Shown piece after piece: positions 47,701-61,589 of a DNA stretch of 64,000 nucleotides. Both the position numbers and the translations under genes were made by a program. Location of the stretch: positions 62,001 through 126,000 of the forward strand of contig NMRA01000194.1 in the NCBI GenBank assembly GCA_002633005.1, in the 5' to 3' direction. The DNA comes from Phoronis australis (Eukaryota > Animalia > Phoronida). Position 1 is the first letter of the stretch. The number at the start of each line of letters is the position of its first letter. The notes beneath the pieces are model-generated. The model searched no databases. It worked only from the letters and a program-made list of their open reading frames with translations, and was not told the origin of the DNA.

Positions 47701-50587
47701 ATCCTTCGACTTTTTTAAAAGCAGAAATAACGTCAGATTCTTCACCTAAAAGCAGTTTCTGAGATGCTGCCTTACTTTGCAGCTGCTGGTCACAACTCAT
47801 ATGCAAAATCTGCATACATATACTTGCAGCAGATGCAGCAACTCGAAGACACCCATCCAGACGTCTACAGCACCTTTGTTAACGGCCACCATGCCATAAG
47901 ACCAAGTGACAGATTCTGGGCAGGCTTGTCATCTGACCTTGTAATTGAACAAACGTTCATGAAAACCATTAAATCAACAGGAGGTTTAACTGGAGGTCGC
48001 GGAATGGGAGATATGCAGCGTACACAGTGGCTGCTTTCTTTGCCAGCGTGCTCAAGTATAAATGGCGCCATGCAGAGTATGACAAACTTGAGCTGCGAAA
48101 CAAGTGAGCAACGTAAAGAGTGTACCCAGGCAAGACAATCGCGGGATGACAAAGACATCCTCAGCCTTGTTGAATTCCTCCACAAAAGGAACCAATTTGA
48201 AAGGGAAACATTGCAGAACATAGCCACTGGTGTGACTGCAGGTACACTCACCAATGCCGAAAATGGCATAGAAGTGGGGAAGGCAATTGTCTTGTCTATG
48301 GAGGGGTCGAGTGTGAAAGATTTCACATTCAAAAAGAAAGACAAGGTTGTGGCAATGACAAGTCCATCAGTTCATGTTGCCAATACTGATTTTACACTAG
48401 TGGGTCCACAACTACAATTTCAGCGATTACTGACAGCTGCAAAAACCAACAGTGAAAGTTTATCAAGCCTCTTGAAGTTTGAGCTATGTGTTGGTTCCCC
48501 CGCTCTTTTTGATAGATCTGGTCTTCCTAGAGCCGCTAATAAATCAATATTAGCTGATGCACTCTGGTCCAGTGGGGGACTACCTGAGGATTACCAATTT
48601 CCAGAAAACACGGGGATGCATGTAATCAACGGAGGTTCTCTACTGTATCGTATTCCATGGCCTAGAAGTGCAACGTTTCAGTTAGTTGGTTGAGCTTATG
48701 TGGATTACGTCAGCAAGTACACTCACCCTACTGTTGTTTTGATGGTTATGGAGGTGGCCCATCAACTAAAGATGTCTCCCATGGTCGAAGACTAGGTGGG
48801 GTAGTTGGAACTGAAGTTCACTTAAATGGTGACATATTGATCAAGTCAAAGAAGGAGTATTTTTGGCAAACAGCAAAAACAACCAAAGGTTCATTCACTT
48901 CTTGTCGAGTTTGCAACGAAATGCTAGTTGCACAGTGGTACAAGCTCAAGGTGATGGAGACGTTTTAATTGTAGAGACAGCAGTAGAGAATGCAGCACAA
49001 GGTCTTACTACCCTCATTACAGATGATACAGACTGGTTGGTTCTTTTGTGTTACCATGCTACTTCACAACTGTTTCCAATGTTCATGGAATCTGACAAGA
49101 GGCACCAAAGCAAGAGAGTCTGGGACATCAAGAAACTACAGTTGTCTCTTGGTGCAGAAACGTGCGCGCTTTTGCCATTTGCACATGCAATAGGTGGTTG
49201 CGACACAACGTCACGGCTGTTTGGTATTGGCAAGGCTCTGTCATTCAAGAAACCGCGTGATCGAGAATTCTGCGAAAACGTTAGAGTATTCACTAGACCC
49301 ATGCAGCTGAAGCAAGACATATTTGAAGCTGGTAAAAGAGTTGTGTCTATGCTTTATGGCGGAACTGGCTATGGAAATTTGGATGAATTGCAATACAGGG
49401 AATTTGTGGAAAAGGTGTCATCAAGCATAGCCCCAGTACAAATACAGTCATTACCACCAACTGCTTCACCAGCTAAATTCCATGCTGCCAGGACATATTA
49501 TCAAGTGCAAGAGTGGTCAAGTTTTCGTGGCAGTGGCCTCGACCCGCTGGATTGGGGATGAGTGCTTCCAGGTGGAAAACTCATTCCCATGACCACGGAC
49601 CAGCAAGCAGCACCAGAGAACCTTCTGAAAGTAGTAATTAAGGTGCTCGTGCAAGACGGACTGCAGTTCCAAGAGATGTACTTTCAAGAAGTTAGGACTG
49701 CCATGTTCGATTGCATGTGGATAATGCCATGACATAAGCTGTAGCAATTCATTCTCAGTTGACAGAGACTAGTTGTGTAAATACTGCTTGATTTTGTATA
49801 GATTTTGATCACGGTCTGAGAATTACTGCTTCGGACAGACTTAGTAACATCACTAAAAAGAAACCTAGTGGGAGCGGTACAAGCACTATATTAACTGTAT
49901 AATTTGCTAATATACCTTGCTAAACCTGTCTCTTCTCTGAAATGTTGCTGTATTCACAAACATTTACAACTAACTGGAGGTGTCACAGACGGTCAACTGG
50001 TGTAGATATGAGATCACAATTAATCGCAGAGAATTATTTTCGATACAGCACATTTTTCAGGAGGAAAATGACCCTTCAGTCCAGACGAACCTGATTTTTT
50101 GTACCCAAATAAGTTATTATTCGTTTAACAATCTTGTTGAAAATTGTAGTCATGATCATCAGAGCCTGACAAAAATTAATTTTAATGGACATGCTGACCT
50201 CAAAAACTAAGGATATAAAATCTGTGGAGGTGGCGTGTCTCTGGCATCTGAAGTTCTTAAACGAAGCAACTATTTGGTGTTCATCTTAAAAAATGGCAGA
50301 AGTAATCAGTAGAGCCAAACGCAATGAGTCTCAGTGGATTAGTCGACCCAGAAAACCCATACTGCAATCTTTAAATCAAGACGACACTAATCTGTTCGTG
50401 CGAAGTTGTGCGACTCAAGTAGATTTGGCGGCCATCTTGGAAAATGGAGGCGGTGTCACCACATCCATGCAAAACCATTTCCAATGGATATGTTGACCCA
50501 CAAAACATAGGTGAACCTTTTTTGAATTGTTACTCTATCACATTCAACTCTTCCGCCACTCCGATTCCGGTAGACTTTTTTCTCCTA
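44781..50587 (+). mobile_element. Academ DNA transposon, decayed transposase
   Basis: TIR AGAAAAAAGTCTACCG.AATC.GAGTGGCGGAAG at both ends; the right end reads TAG- on the minus strand. Frameshifted ORFs 46841-49750 give GRFHTEMSFLG, YFAAAGHNSYAK, DLVIEQTFM, GGSLL, FDGY..STKD, DDTD, GCDTTS, LPPT, DWG and a C-terminal CXC-like Cys cluster. Confidence 0.85.
44945..46061 (-). mobile_element. 5'-truncated RNase-H-bearing LINE (Ingi/I-group-like) nested in Academ, 14-bp TSD
   Basis: TATACTTTTCGTAA occurs at 44931-44944 and 46062-46075. RNase H motifs: ATDGS, SSTLMEFEAI, ATDSMAVL, VPGHAGVLINERADYLA. HPLH motif upstream. Confidence 0.88.
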
Positions 50588-50946
50588 CTAAGGGGTGTGA
50601 AAGGATACAATTTATGCAATAAAACCTACTGTTGCAATATTTTCCGGGTTATCCGTAGAATGACCGGACTATAACGCCTATAAGCTTCATCGTCTTGCTT
50701 TTGTCTGTGTAGGGCATCGCTGACTTCCTAATCAAAACTTTCGAAACATTTTACGGGAGTGAAGTCCACGACTTGATAGGTGTTTGTTATCTAGCTCCCG
50801 GTTGCGTTCCAAGCACCATATCAGAAGCGGTGTTGCCAACGGAATTTTTTCACCAAAGAAACTTCCCACGAAAGATCGTCGCGGCTGGCGCATCATTTTG
50901 TTCTTCTCCCTGCAATCACTCCCTTCCTCTCTCCCTCCCCCCCCCT

Positions 50947-50963
50947 NNNNNNNNNNNNNNNNN
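50947..50963. other. Assembly gap (N run)
   Basis: Run of n. Confidence 1.
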
Positions 50964-53022
50964 CCCCCCCTTCCTCTCCGTATCTCTCTCAAATGTCGCG
51001 TAGTTTCTTATAGTTACTGAGTTCAACACATCAGCTAAGGAAGTACAAGTTCAGTCTCTTCACGTGATAGCAAATTTATCGCTTTTATTTGAGTTTTTAT
51101 CTCTTGCGTGATGCCTTGCGTTTCATTAAAACATACTATGTGTATTTGGATAGAAAAGAGTACCAAAACGCTGCAATATTCATTTGGGTTCTTGATTCCT
51201 ACATGGAGGTAACAAGCGATACTTTTTTCATCCTCGGTCGGGGCCATAGTTGAACACACATTTTTCCATGAGTAAATGTTTGGTGTTTCACAGACTACAC
51301 ACCTATTGTTATGTTCAATGGTAAAAGTATAATTAAACATGTCTACACATTTTGCGAAGTTCACGGGATCACACGTACAGACATGCGCCATGCGTGCGCA
51401 TGAACACGCCGGTCACTAAACATTTATTGTGAATCTCTATATTGCTGAAAACATTAGTCATGACATGGTACATGTAGCATGAAAGTATGAGTCAGTTCTT
51501 GCGTTTAATTACGAAAATGCGTAGCCGAATTTAGCCCGGTGGTTGGCCAGACTTGCCCCAACATGGGCATGCTCAGCCTTTTGGACACGACCATTTCGAG
51601 TGCAAATTTTACTTTTGCAGTTGGGGTGAAATCATCAACTGCATATCCAAATGATTTTTTGTATGTGGTCAAATTATTTCCAATAGTGAATCTGTTAGAC
51701 TTTGTTATAATTCCATTATTTTAAAATTGAGGTCGAACAAGCCCAGGCCTCTCCTACAGCTAATGCGGTAGGTTACATAAATTAATTAATAAAAGCAAAC
51801 ACTTATGATTTGTATGTGAAAACCAGTAACACAATTTTGAAAACCAAAAAGGTCGTCATGGCAACTAATGCAAATGACCCTGTTAACGGCCTTCTTAACA
51901 ACATAAAAGATGATGAAAGCACACGCAATAAAATTAATTTTAAGAAACGTTAATATTTTGGCGTGATAAAAGGCATGCCCTAATTATCAGTACCACCAGG
52001 AACTCATCACCATTAGGGTAAAAACTTCCTGGTGTCTCTTAAATAATTTCAAAAATTCAATGAAGGGTTGCCATGACTTCGTAATATAAGCATTTTTATT
52101 AGAAACATTCAAGGCAAGGCCAGAGGCATTACTAAAGAGTGTTCACAGTCTTTTGTGGCAGCACCGCGTGGTTCTTTGGATTGCTTTTTGTATCAATGTT
52201 TGCATCCTCGCAAAGATATGTTTATTATATTTCATGAACGAAATTCACCATTTGCTCGTTTTTGTTACAATTACAAATGACATCTTCTGCAAAAAGTGTT
52301 TCTGCACCAGCTTTCTTATCTTTGTACTCGAACTTATTTTTGACGTTTTCCGTTCAGCTTTTGTACGAACTCAAGATAAATGTTGATCATTTTCTTTTAA
52401 TAGTTTAATAGTTTATTAGATAAAAAGTGATTACAAGACAATTTCGCACAGACATTTATCATTAGTTGTTACTAGTACATCTAGAGCTGACTGAGACACA
52501 TCCATTCTTTTTACACAAACTCGAGGTGTTTATTTTCTTTAGCTCAAGTGCACTATCGTTTACGTGGATGATAATTGTCTAATCCTAGTTTCCCCTTGAA
52601 CCTAACATCAAAGCTATAATGTCGAGTCTGAACTCGAATTTAGAGCTTAATTACTCGAAATCTCAAGTTCTTACACGACTTTTTATCTCGACTTTACGGG
52701 TCCTCAAGTGCAAACGTGTACAAGTTACTCGTCTGTAAGTATGTATACTAAATTTAGAATACAGCGCTTGAGTTGGCAGAAGAACGGAATGGGAAGTGTG
52801 AGTTCCCGTTTAAACATTCAGACAGACCTCGGGGTCTGCTTGTGTTTTGTTGCAAGTCTAGTTAAGCTCGACGTAGGATCAGTCTTCTCTGCATGTTCCT
52901 TTCAAAATACCAAGAAATAGTTCTACGTGTAGAGCATATGCTCAAATGGCTTGAGAAAAGTGTGTCGTCATATAATCAGACATGGAAAGACTTTTTCCAC
53001 ATTCCCAAAAATACCCATGATG

Positions 53023-53281
53023 CATGAGCGCACCCAGGGAGGGCTTGAGAAGTTCGAACGAGCCCCCATTTGGCGAAGAGGGCAAAAAAGTCCGCCCCAG
53101 AGAGACATAAAGCCCGAGAAGACGAGACAAATGTCCACTCAAGTCCGTTAAAAGGCACAAACGCACAATTCACAGCATGAACGTGGTACCCCGTTTTTTA
53201 ATCCCCCCGTTTTCTTTGTTAGTAAAAGGTCCACGTCGCCAGAAATTTGAGCCCCCATATTTAAGGCTGGGTGCGCGCATG
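53023..53281. mobile_element. MITE (TIR CATG.GCGCACCCAG) related to the interior of 3626-4265
   Basis: Ends CATGAGCGCACCCAG ... CTGGGTGCGCGCATG. The body matches ~3745-4212. Flanks TGATG / TAATG (4/5). Confidence 0.7.
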
Positions 53282-55982
53282 TAATGCCTATTACTATTGT
53301 TTCCAAATCATGCCTATTGTCTTTGCTGTGAAACATTACCTTTTTAATTTCTAATTTATTTCAGAATACGCAAATCAATAATTACAGAAGACGTATGTTC
53401 GGCCACGTAATGTGGCCAACAGGTAGCGTGCAGACCAGATTTAAAAATGTTTGCGATGAATAACATGCTGAAACATTATCATGAAGGTAATACTGTTTTG
53501 GTCCACTTCAACCAGTTTTCAAGTGCTAGTAAAATGGAATTATTTAAGTTGCCAGCACTCCAAGCACTGTGATTTAATGTTGAAGTCTTTACCCACAAAA
53601 TAACCACAGTTTGTTTCCAGAAGATAGCAGACTCAGTTACTGATTGTAACAACAAAAGATTCTGAAGTGTAATCAGTTTTTGAGGTGTGGTAATCAGCGC
53701 AGGATGATTGATGACATCGAGAATAGTGGAGAGAAAAGTTGAACGGGTCTGTGGATTCGTAACGCATAACACCAGAAATATCTGACATAGGCAGTGCGCA
53801 TGCCCAACAAGAAGCTTACTATTCCGCCACAGAAATACCCACAAGGAGGGGTTTTCCAAGGAAATTTGATTTAGGGGAGACAACTCTACAATTTGCCTAT
53901 AGCTAGCGAGAAGAAGATAGACTTGTTAATGCATCATGTTGAATATTGGAGAGATTGGTGAAGATTTTTTGGTGACCTTTAAAGTTTGAGATTTGCCCAT
54001 GTTGATGGTACACAGCCAATCGCCTGGAAGGCAATATTTGAGCGCAAATCCATTTTCAAATCAATTGAGTGGAGAGTATAACTCAGGTCCCTTGTTTGCC
54101 GATAGCGGTCACGAACAGTGTGACCAAGATATCACAAATGCAGTTTTTTCGAGGGAATTTTCTAAAAAAAAAACGGTGTCCAGTGGGGTGTTGAAAACGG
54201 GCAGACGCCAGAAATGTGAAAAAGCAGTCATTTATTGTTTCGTGCTCTGTAATACGATTTGCAAGCTCTAATGAGGAAGATTTAGCTCGGCATGTAAATG
54301 TTCATAACCACTTCTTTGGCAACAAGCAGTTGGTCATGTATTTTGCTAAAAAACTGAATTCCCAAATTGTTGCACAGAGAGCACTCCATGAGACGCAGCT
54401 AGGTTAAGGTTGTCCTAGTTTTTGAACCCTAAATTGCTGTTGTTTTTTTTAATTTATGCTGTATTTGAAGATACAACATTTATTAGAAAATAGAACTCAT
54501 ACCTATAGACGGATCCGTAACATATGTCGAGATTATGGGGACACGACCCCAATTTTCAAAGGACAAACCTTAATGATAGCCTTGCGAGGCGGATTACGTT
54601 AATTTTCGAAGGACAAACCCTCGTGAGAGCCCTGAAAACGACATGTAGGTGCCGATTTTTATCGTGTGCGGAAGCCGGGGAGCCCTGGGCCCCCTCGGAC
54701 CCCCCTCCCCCTAAATCCACCACCTATGCAGCATGCCGTTTCATAGGCGTTTCCAGGGGGGTCAAAGGGGTCCGGAATCCCTTTTTCCTTTGATTTTAGT
54801 GATATCACATGGGCACACTTCCTCCGAACTGTTTCTTCCACATTTACCGTCTGCTTTGTGGATGCTTGATGAGTTTACAATTTTTCACTCGACTTTGCAC
54901 ACGGCGACCTGCGCGGCCAAGGCCGATTTGTGGACAACGTCTGCTACACACCTGAAACCAGATTTCATTAATTCAATGTCAATTTCTGCTTCCTCAACGA
55001 TTATATCTCCTAAACACATTGCCGTGCTTGCAAAAGCGTCTTTGTTGCGCTGGGGTTTCCACATGACAGAGTTTACTTTCTTTGCCGTTCTCAGCATAAT
55101 TTTCCAATTGAAGTCTATAAACCATGATATCTCAAATGACTCTGTGAGCCATTGACAAGTCCATTTTGAAAACTTGTAAAGCAAATACGTTACGAATAGT
55201 TCGACGTCACCAACACGTCAAATGCCAACATGATTTGAACTCATATAAGCCCCTGCACATCCAAAGCGTACACTTACTGGGAATTACCAAAAGTATAGGC
55301 CCTCCAAAAGTAAGAACGCCTATCGGCGTATTTTCGGAAAAATTTCATTAAGTACACCCATGTAAGTATTTTCGGTAGCTGCTAGCATATTTTGAAAATC
55401 AGATGGATTGTTCTAAAATGTGTATGCCATATTTTAATGTAAAATTTTGTTTGTTTTTGCGAGACATTATAATTTGAGATCGCGATTTCATTCAAATGAT
55501 TATCATTTCAGGAGATATTCGGTGATTTTGTTAGTAAATAACAGTATGAAGGACATTTTTAACACTGTGCTTATTGAATACGAAATAATCATGGACCAAT
55601 AAAATACATGCTAGCCTGTGAGATACACTATAACGTGCGTTTTTATTTAAAAATCGGAGTATGTCAGCAGCAAATTTTCCTTGAGACAAGATGAAGTTTT
55701 TTATGTGTGCGCACGTGCGCGCGCCTGTGTGTGTGTGTGTGCGTGTGCGTGTGTGATCGAGTCCTTGTCTATATGATGTCTTCGTGATTACCTTTATGGA
55801 TTTTCCCTGAAGATGTCTCATGAGAGACGAAGTACCCGACAATTGCACTGTGTATTTTCTCGTAAAATGATTTGAATATGAAATCTGTAATATTGACTTT
55901 TTGTGCTTTCCTCACTGTCATGAGCCTAGGAAATTTTTTACATCAACCGACGCCTAGGCGAGATCATCCTACCGCCAATCTA

Positions 55983-56027
55983 TTAAGGCCATTAAAAAGA
56001 AATGGAACGTCGTGTTCAACAAAACTT
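55983..56027 (+). repeat. 45-bp element terminus repeated directly at 59579
   Basis: TTAAGGCCATTAAAAA(G/C)AAATGGAACGTCGTGTTCAAC(A/T)AAACTT occurs at 55983 and 59579. Confidence 0.65.
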
Positions 56028-56424
56028 TAAAAAATCACTTATGTTTGTTTAACAAAACTGGGTCATAAAGTGCTTGACACGGTTTCCTCCCTCTTTCCGA
56101 AAATATGCCCTGGCGTTTACTCGGTTTTGCTTTAGGTTGCACAATAGCCACCCATGGGCCTATTTTTGTAAATTCCCGGCACACACTGACCATATTTTTT
56201 TAACAGGATATGTTTTCACATCGGTGTGAACTGCCGCACGGGTCGTATTTTGGCGCGTAAAGCGCATAAATGACAAAACGTGTTTCGTAACTTTATATAT
56301 ATTTTGGCGTATCTTTAGCTTTCTTAAAACTGCAATTACATTGCACACGCATATGGAAAGCTACATTCAGTCATTGCCATTGGTTGAAATCTGGGGTTAC
56401 CCTTTCAGTTTACTGTTACGTAAT

Positions 56425-56590
56425 ATGGCGACCACCTTTGACTTGAATGGTTGCAATTTATTAAAACGGGCTGTGATCGAAGTAAACAAAATCAAGTGAA
56501 CCCCGATCCAGTGGCTTCAGCCCACAACAAGAACTGTACATAAGGCGTGTGCAAATGGTGGCGATGTGATCGGTATACTTCCGACTAAGG
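56425..56590 (+). pseudogene. RecQ-like SF2 helicase N-terminal stub (possible AcademH accessory gene relic)
   Basis: ATG at 56425, then WLQP / QQELYI / KACANGGDVIGILPT across frameshifts, resembling LKPxQ...GRDVxxxLPTGxGKS. The Walker A GKS is missing. Confidence 0.4.
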
Positions 56591-58924
56591 CATACACCGT
56601 TATTGATGCCCACACACGGATCTCTGTGTGTCGTTCATCATGTTTCCACAGGGTCACTTTTCAGAATAGGTGGCTCTGTGTCAGAGGGTAGGAGCTTTGT
56701 AGACGCAAGAATCACGTGAGTCATTTGCAGTCATGGCGATATCTTGCGCGAAGTCTTCCGTGGTCGTGTGTTTTCGTGAAGTTCTTGGGTCTACGGAACG
56801 CACGCCTGGGTTGAGTTAAGTAGCTGTCTCGCTGCTAGAAAGTCTAACCCAAATCACGTGTTCTAATTTATAATACACGGTAATGTCTCGTGTAATCTTG
56901 CGACGTTTTGCTTTTCTGGTGAGGTCCTAGCGTTTTTGGACTCTACCCTGGTCGACAACACCGCACTTTGCTCAGCGCCACCTTTTAGACATCGAGGAAG
57001 GTATTAGCAATTGGCCGAAGTCTTCTGTGGGTTACTATACATTCTGGGAAGAAAAAATTAATTTCGTCATGTCAGTTATTCTTTAACATCCAGGTGACAA
57101 TGTTTGGAGATAACACCACCCTTGTTTCATTTTGTAGCATGATGCAAAATTGGTGAAACGAATGGAATAAGGAACTCGAGATCCACATGGATACCCAGAA
57201 GCAACACCACCAAGCAAAACTATCGTTCACTGCACATCTTCATTAAAGAGCACGCAAGAGGTTCAAAAGTGCCATTTACATTAGCACAGATATTTTTGAG
57301 AGTGCTCCCCGCGTCAGCGCATTCAAGGTTTCATTGACGCACCTTCATTGCTTAATTCGGGCAAACAGGTGCTCCCAACTCTTGAATAATCTGCACTAAA
57401 TTCGGTCTCGAACTCAACAAGATGCAAAACAGAAGATCGAAACTGTGATGTCTGCGACCAAAACAACGTTGGCGACATTTGGGTAACGTACTATGGAAAT
57501 ACGGATCTCAGCGGTGAGCCTATGTGTTTGGTTAAATTGACAAATCACTAAATAAATCGCGTAACGTACTGACGTAGCAGACAACGTCACACATATTACA
57601 ATGCTGCCTCCAAAAAATTTAATCGAAAGTGGCAGAAAATGCTGACGTGACCCAAGGGTTCTCTAGATTTGAGTCCTTGTGGGTCTAGTCAGCACATTCG
57701 TTGACGTCTTTTTTAAAAGCAGTATTCTATTCCATTTTTAAAAAAAGTAATGAAAACTGACCGTATTTTCGTTGAGAAACGTAGTGTACTACCCTTTGAT
57801 AACCAAATATCACTCACTGATCTAGTTGCATTTCGCTCCGTTCAGCTGACTATAAAAACGAAAATCAAACCAGGTCTTAAGCCCTCACAAAATCGTTCTC
57901 TACATCTCATCATGTTAGGATTCCAGTGTTTCAGTGAACAACAAGAATATCGATAACATCCGCGACAAAGGACAACGCTTAAAAGTCTATTGGGTTTGAT
58001 CAACCTTAAAATTGCGCGTGTACCCGTTGCCTGTGACTTGAATTACCGGCTCAGTCGACAACAATCCGATAATGTTTTGAACCCCAAAGTGCTTCAGTTA
58101 AGAATTCAGCATTAACAGGGCTAACCAAGCCACTTATGAGGATATAAGAAGTGTTAGTACGACAATTTAAGTGACGTGTTATAAAAAAATAGAATGCAGT
58201 GTCTGCTGTTAGTTTTTGTTCAAATGATTTTTGCCTCCATCTTATTGAAGTGCCGAAGGGTGATACCTCTGACTTTAGAATATGGCATCTCAATTATTTG
58301 GGGATTTTATGTTTTCTTGCAGAAGACATTATTAATTCCAAAATCCCTAATTTCTTAAGATTATAAAAATGGCCCCAGGGCGCACCTTATCAATATTTCG
58401 CTGCAATACGAGGAATAAAACATGCATTCAACACTTAATTTGAGAAATGGACTTCATTGTAATTCCATGTGACCTTAAAATGATGGTGGATTTTAGCGAA
58501 TTTTAATAATTCAAATATCAACTTTACATTTCTTCTAAATTAAAACGACGTTAGTGAAAACCATTAAAACATTCGTGCGTCATTGTTTCAAAGATTGATT
58601 ATGATGATGACATTCAGCCTCACTGATCTTGACAAAGTGGTACTTTGATCGTGGCACATTATCAACACGTCTCGCGCTCCACTCAACTATTTATGAAAAA
58701 TAATGAAATCTCATTTGAGCAAAAGTATCTGAGATTATACACATAACTGCTAATAACCCAGTAAATTTCTATTCATTATTTCTAAGTAGGGATGCGTTCA
58801 TAATTACTCGGGTGTTGTTAAGTGGGAGCGTAATATCAAATTTTTGCCTTAAAGATAAATAATTCCAGGCGGTCTGGTAACGGGAATCATTTTATTCTTC
58901 ATTAATATATAGTTAAAATCGAAC

Positions 58925-59015
58925 TGAGGGGATAGAGGCCTGGCTCAAGGGTGTATGCCCTGGTGGAACTCGAACTCACGACTTTGAGTAAAGGAAACGG
59001 ACACTCTAACGTTGA
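58925..59015 (-). repeat. tRNA-derived SINE fragment
   Basis: Plus strand GGCCTGGCTCAAGGG...GGAACTCGAACTCACGAC is the reverse complement of a B box plus a CORE-like segment. Confidence 0.45.
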
Positions 59016-60299
59016 CTCTTTTTCCTGAAGTTTTTAGTCACTTTCACGAAACAGATCGCAGGACGCAGATAGCATACGCCAGAACCATCCCAACATACAC
59101 AGGTTTTATGGTATGTATTAACTTGCAGCATGAAACACGAAATTTGGAATCGTGATTTTGGTACCAGATTTCAGCATGGAGCTCAGAATCAACCCATGCC
59201 ATTATCATGGATCCGCCTGTCAAGTGCTGTCTTTTTTAAGACAAGTTTCGTTAAACGCGGCGTTCCATTCGTTTTAGTGGCCTTCATAGATAAACGCTCT
59301 AATTGGCGGTAAGCTGATCTCGCGTTAAGCGTCGGTTGGTGTAAAAGATGAGCCAGGCACATGACAGTGAGGAAATAACAAAGAGTCAATATTACAGACT
59401 TCATATTCAAATCATGTAACGAGAAAATACACAGTGCAATTCTCCAGTGCTTCTTCTCGCACGAGACATCTTCAGAAAACATCATATAGATGAAGGACTT
59501 GATCACACAAATACATCATGACAACATCCGACCACAAACCACTTAACTTGACAAATAGACAAATAGAGCGATTATCAGTTAAGGCCATTAAAAACAAATG
59601 GAACGTCGTGTTCAACTAAACTTGTTTCAAAGCTGAAGTGATACTCTTTTTTAAGAGTGAAACGTGTTGTTTTCAAAGCTCCCTCCNCTCCCGCACCCCC
59701 CCCCCCCAACCCCCAGGGATCAAATCGAAATTATGTTGTTGGTTGAAACTTCAATTTTTATAATGCATATTTTGGTAACGACTATAATAGTTTGTGATTA
59801 AATCACATTCGTCATAAATAAAGCCATGTTTTGAGAGGTGAATAACTTAATTTTGATTCGCGTTTAGTTGGGCTCCAGGAAGCTGACCGTCTGAGGTGGA
59901 TGTGTTTGGTGCGTTTTTGGTTGCCGAAACTGACAAGTTGATTTAAATATTGAAGTCGAATACAATTTGAATACGGCGTCGTCTGTCTTTTGGTTGATGC
60001 CCAATTTCTGGAGTTAAAATAACACAATTTTTGTTAATATCCATGCCGATGGTGATCATGACGATGACGGTGGTAATGCCGATGGATGATGGTGACAATT
60101 GTCTTGTAAAATGCCACGTTTTTATAAAATGATCCCTGAAGATCTTAATAAACCGGGATCCCAGAGCTTTTTGGGCATGAAAAGGTAACCAATTTTCTTT
60201 GGTGCCACAGTGCTCTATGGGTATCCTGATGCTTGGAAATGACCGTCTGGCAGGTTCGCTCTGGTTGGTGTGGTCAGGGGAGACAAGAGAATGACACTC

Positions 60300-60910
60300 G
60301 AAAATTGAGCTAGATCAACTTTTCTGGTAACCACTTCAAACTGCCTTGGATAGCTACTACGTAATCCACTGTATCAAAATTGGCCACTGCCACACAATTT
60401 CAGTGGTGGGGACTACCCGCCAGACGAACATACACAGGGTACAAAAATTGAGCTAGATCAATCCAAGAGGTAACCGCTTGAAACCAGTGGCAAAATATTC
60501 ACCGTAAGCCCAGGTATCACGAATGAACACTGCCAGACAAATCTAGTGGTGGGTTACCCCAGCCAGACACGCCCAAATAAAAGAATTGAGCTAGATCAAT
60601 CCATCAGGTAACCGTTTGAAACCAATTGCACGATGTTCAGCATCACTGAACATGGCACAAAAGTTAGATGCCAGACAATTTCTGCGGTGGGGTGCCCTTG
60701 CCAGACGATTATCAAAAAGGGCTAAAATTGAGCTAGATCAATCCAAGAGGTAACCGCACGAAATCAGTTGCAAAATATTCACCGTATCCCCGGGTATAAC
60801 GAATAAGCATTGCCAGACAAATCTAGTGGTGGGTTAACCCCGCCAGACATGCCCAAATACCCGAGTTGAGGTAGATCAACCCACCAGGTAACCGTTTGAA
60901 ACCATTTGCA
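60300..60910. repeat. Tandem repeat, ~141-bp monomer x ~4.5 with alternating (dimeric) structure
   Basis: AATTGAGCTAGATCAA...GGTAACC recurs at ~60302, 60445, 60584, 60726 and 60865. Units 2 and 4 are mutually closest, as are units 3 and 5. Confidence 0.85.
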
Positions 60911-61589
60911 TAATGCCCAGCAACACTCCACAAGCAACAACGCTGTGAGGCAATATCAAGTGGAGATTTGGTGCATGCCCGGTTGACCTTTTATGAGATG
61001 CCCCACTATCCCTATTCAAATGTACATACTCTAGTAATAATAAAAATAAATTGGTGAAACATAAACAAGAAGCTTTTTTTAGTTTAACTGCAAACCAGTC
61101 ACGATTTCCAAAAAAAGATGATGCAAAATGATTGCATACCCCCTCACCCAACATGAATTCTTGGGGCCGTCGCAAGGATGATTGAGCACCGCATACCATG
61201 TCTATAATTAATCAATTTGAACGTGTTTTAATTGCACCATGAAGACATAAAGCGAACAGTTCTATTATCCGAATGTCTGTGTCGGGCAAATAAAATGCTT
61301 ATCAAACTAACTTAATTGAAAAACTATTAGGACTCGTTATTCCCGAGCAATGTGAATAACAAGTTTGCAACATGAACAGTGTATTATATTTACGTTACAG
61401 CTTTAAGACGACTATATGAAAAAATGTCAGGTGCCATAAAGGTTTTTTCACCCTTTTTGGAGAACACCATACATGGATAACAAACACAAAAATATAAAAG
61501 GAGACTTGTTGCTATAACCAATATTCATCTCATTCCAATGAGCCAACTTATTCACTGTGCATGTTTTAGTCAAATCCAAAGGGCCGTAA

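Noticed and set aside
55983-59625. LTR or long-terminal-direct-repeat element bounded by the 45-bp direct repeat
   Set aside because: The repeat is too short, lacks TG..CA ends and a PBS, and looks like two left ends of the same MITE family.
60300-60910. CRISPR-like array (conserved ~16-bp motif at regular spacing)
   Set aside because: The spacers are homologous to each other, the period is ~141 bp, there are no cas genes and the context is eukaryotic. It is a tandem repeat.
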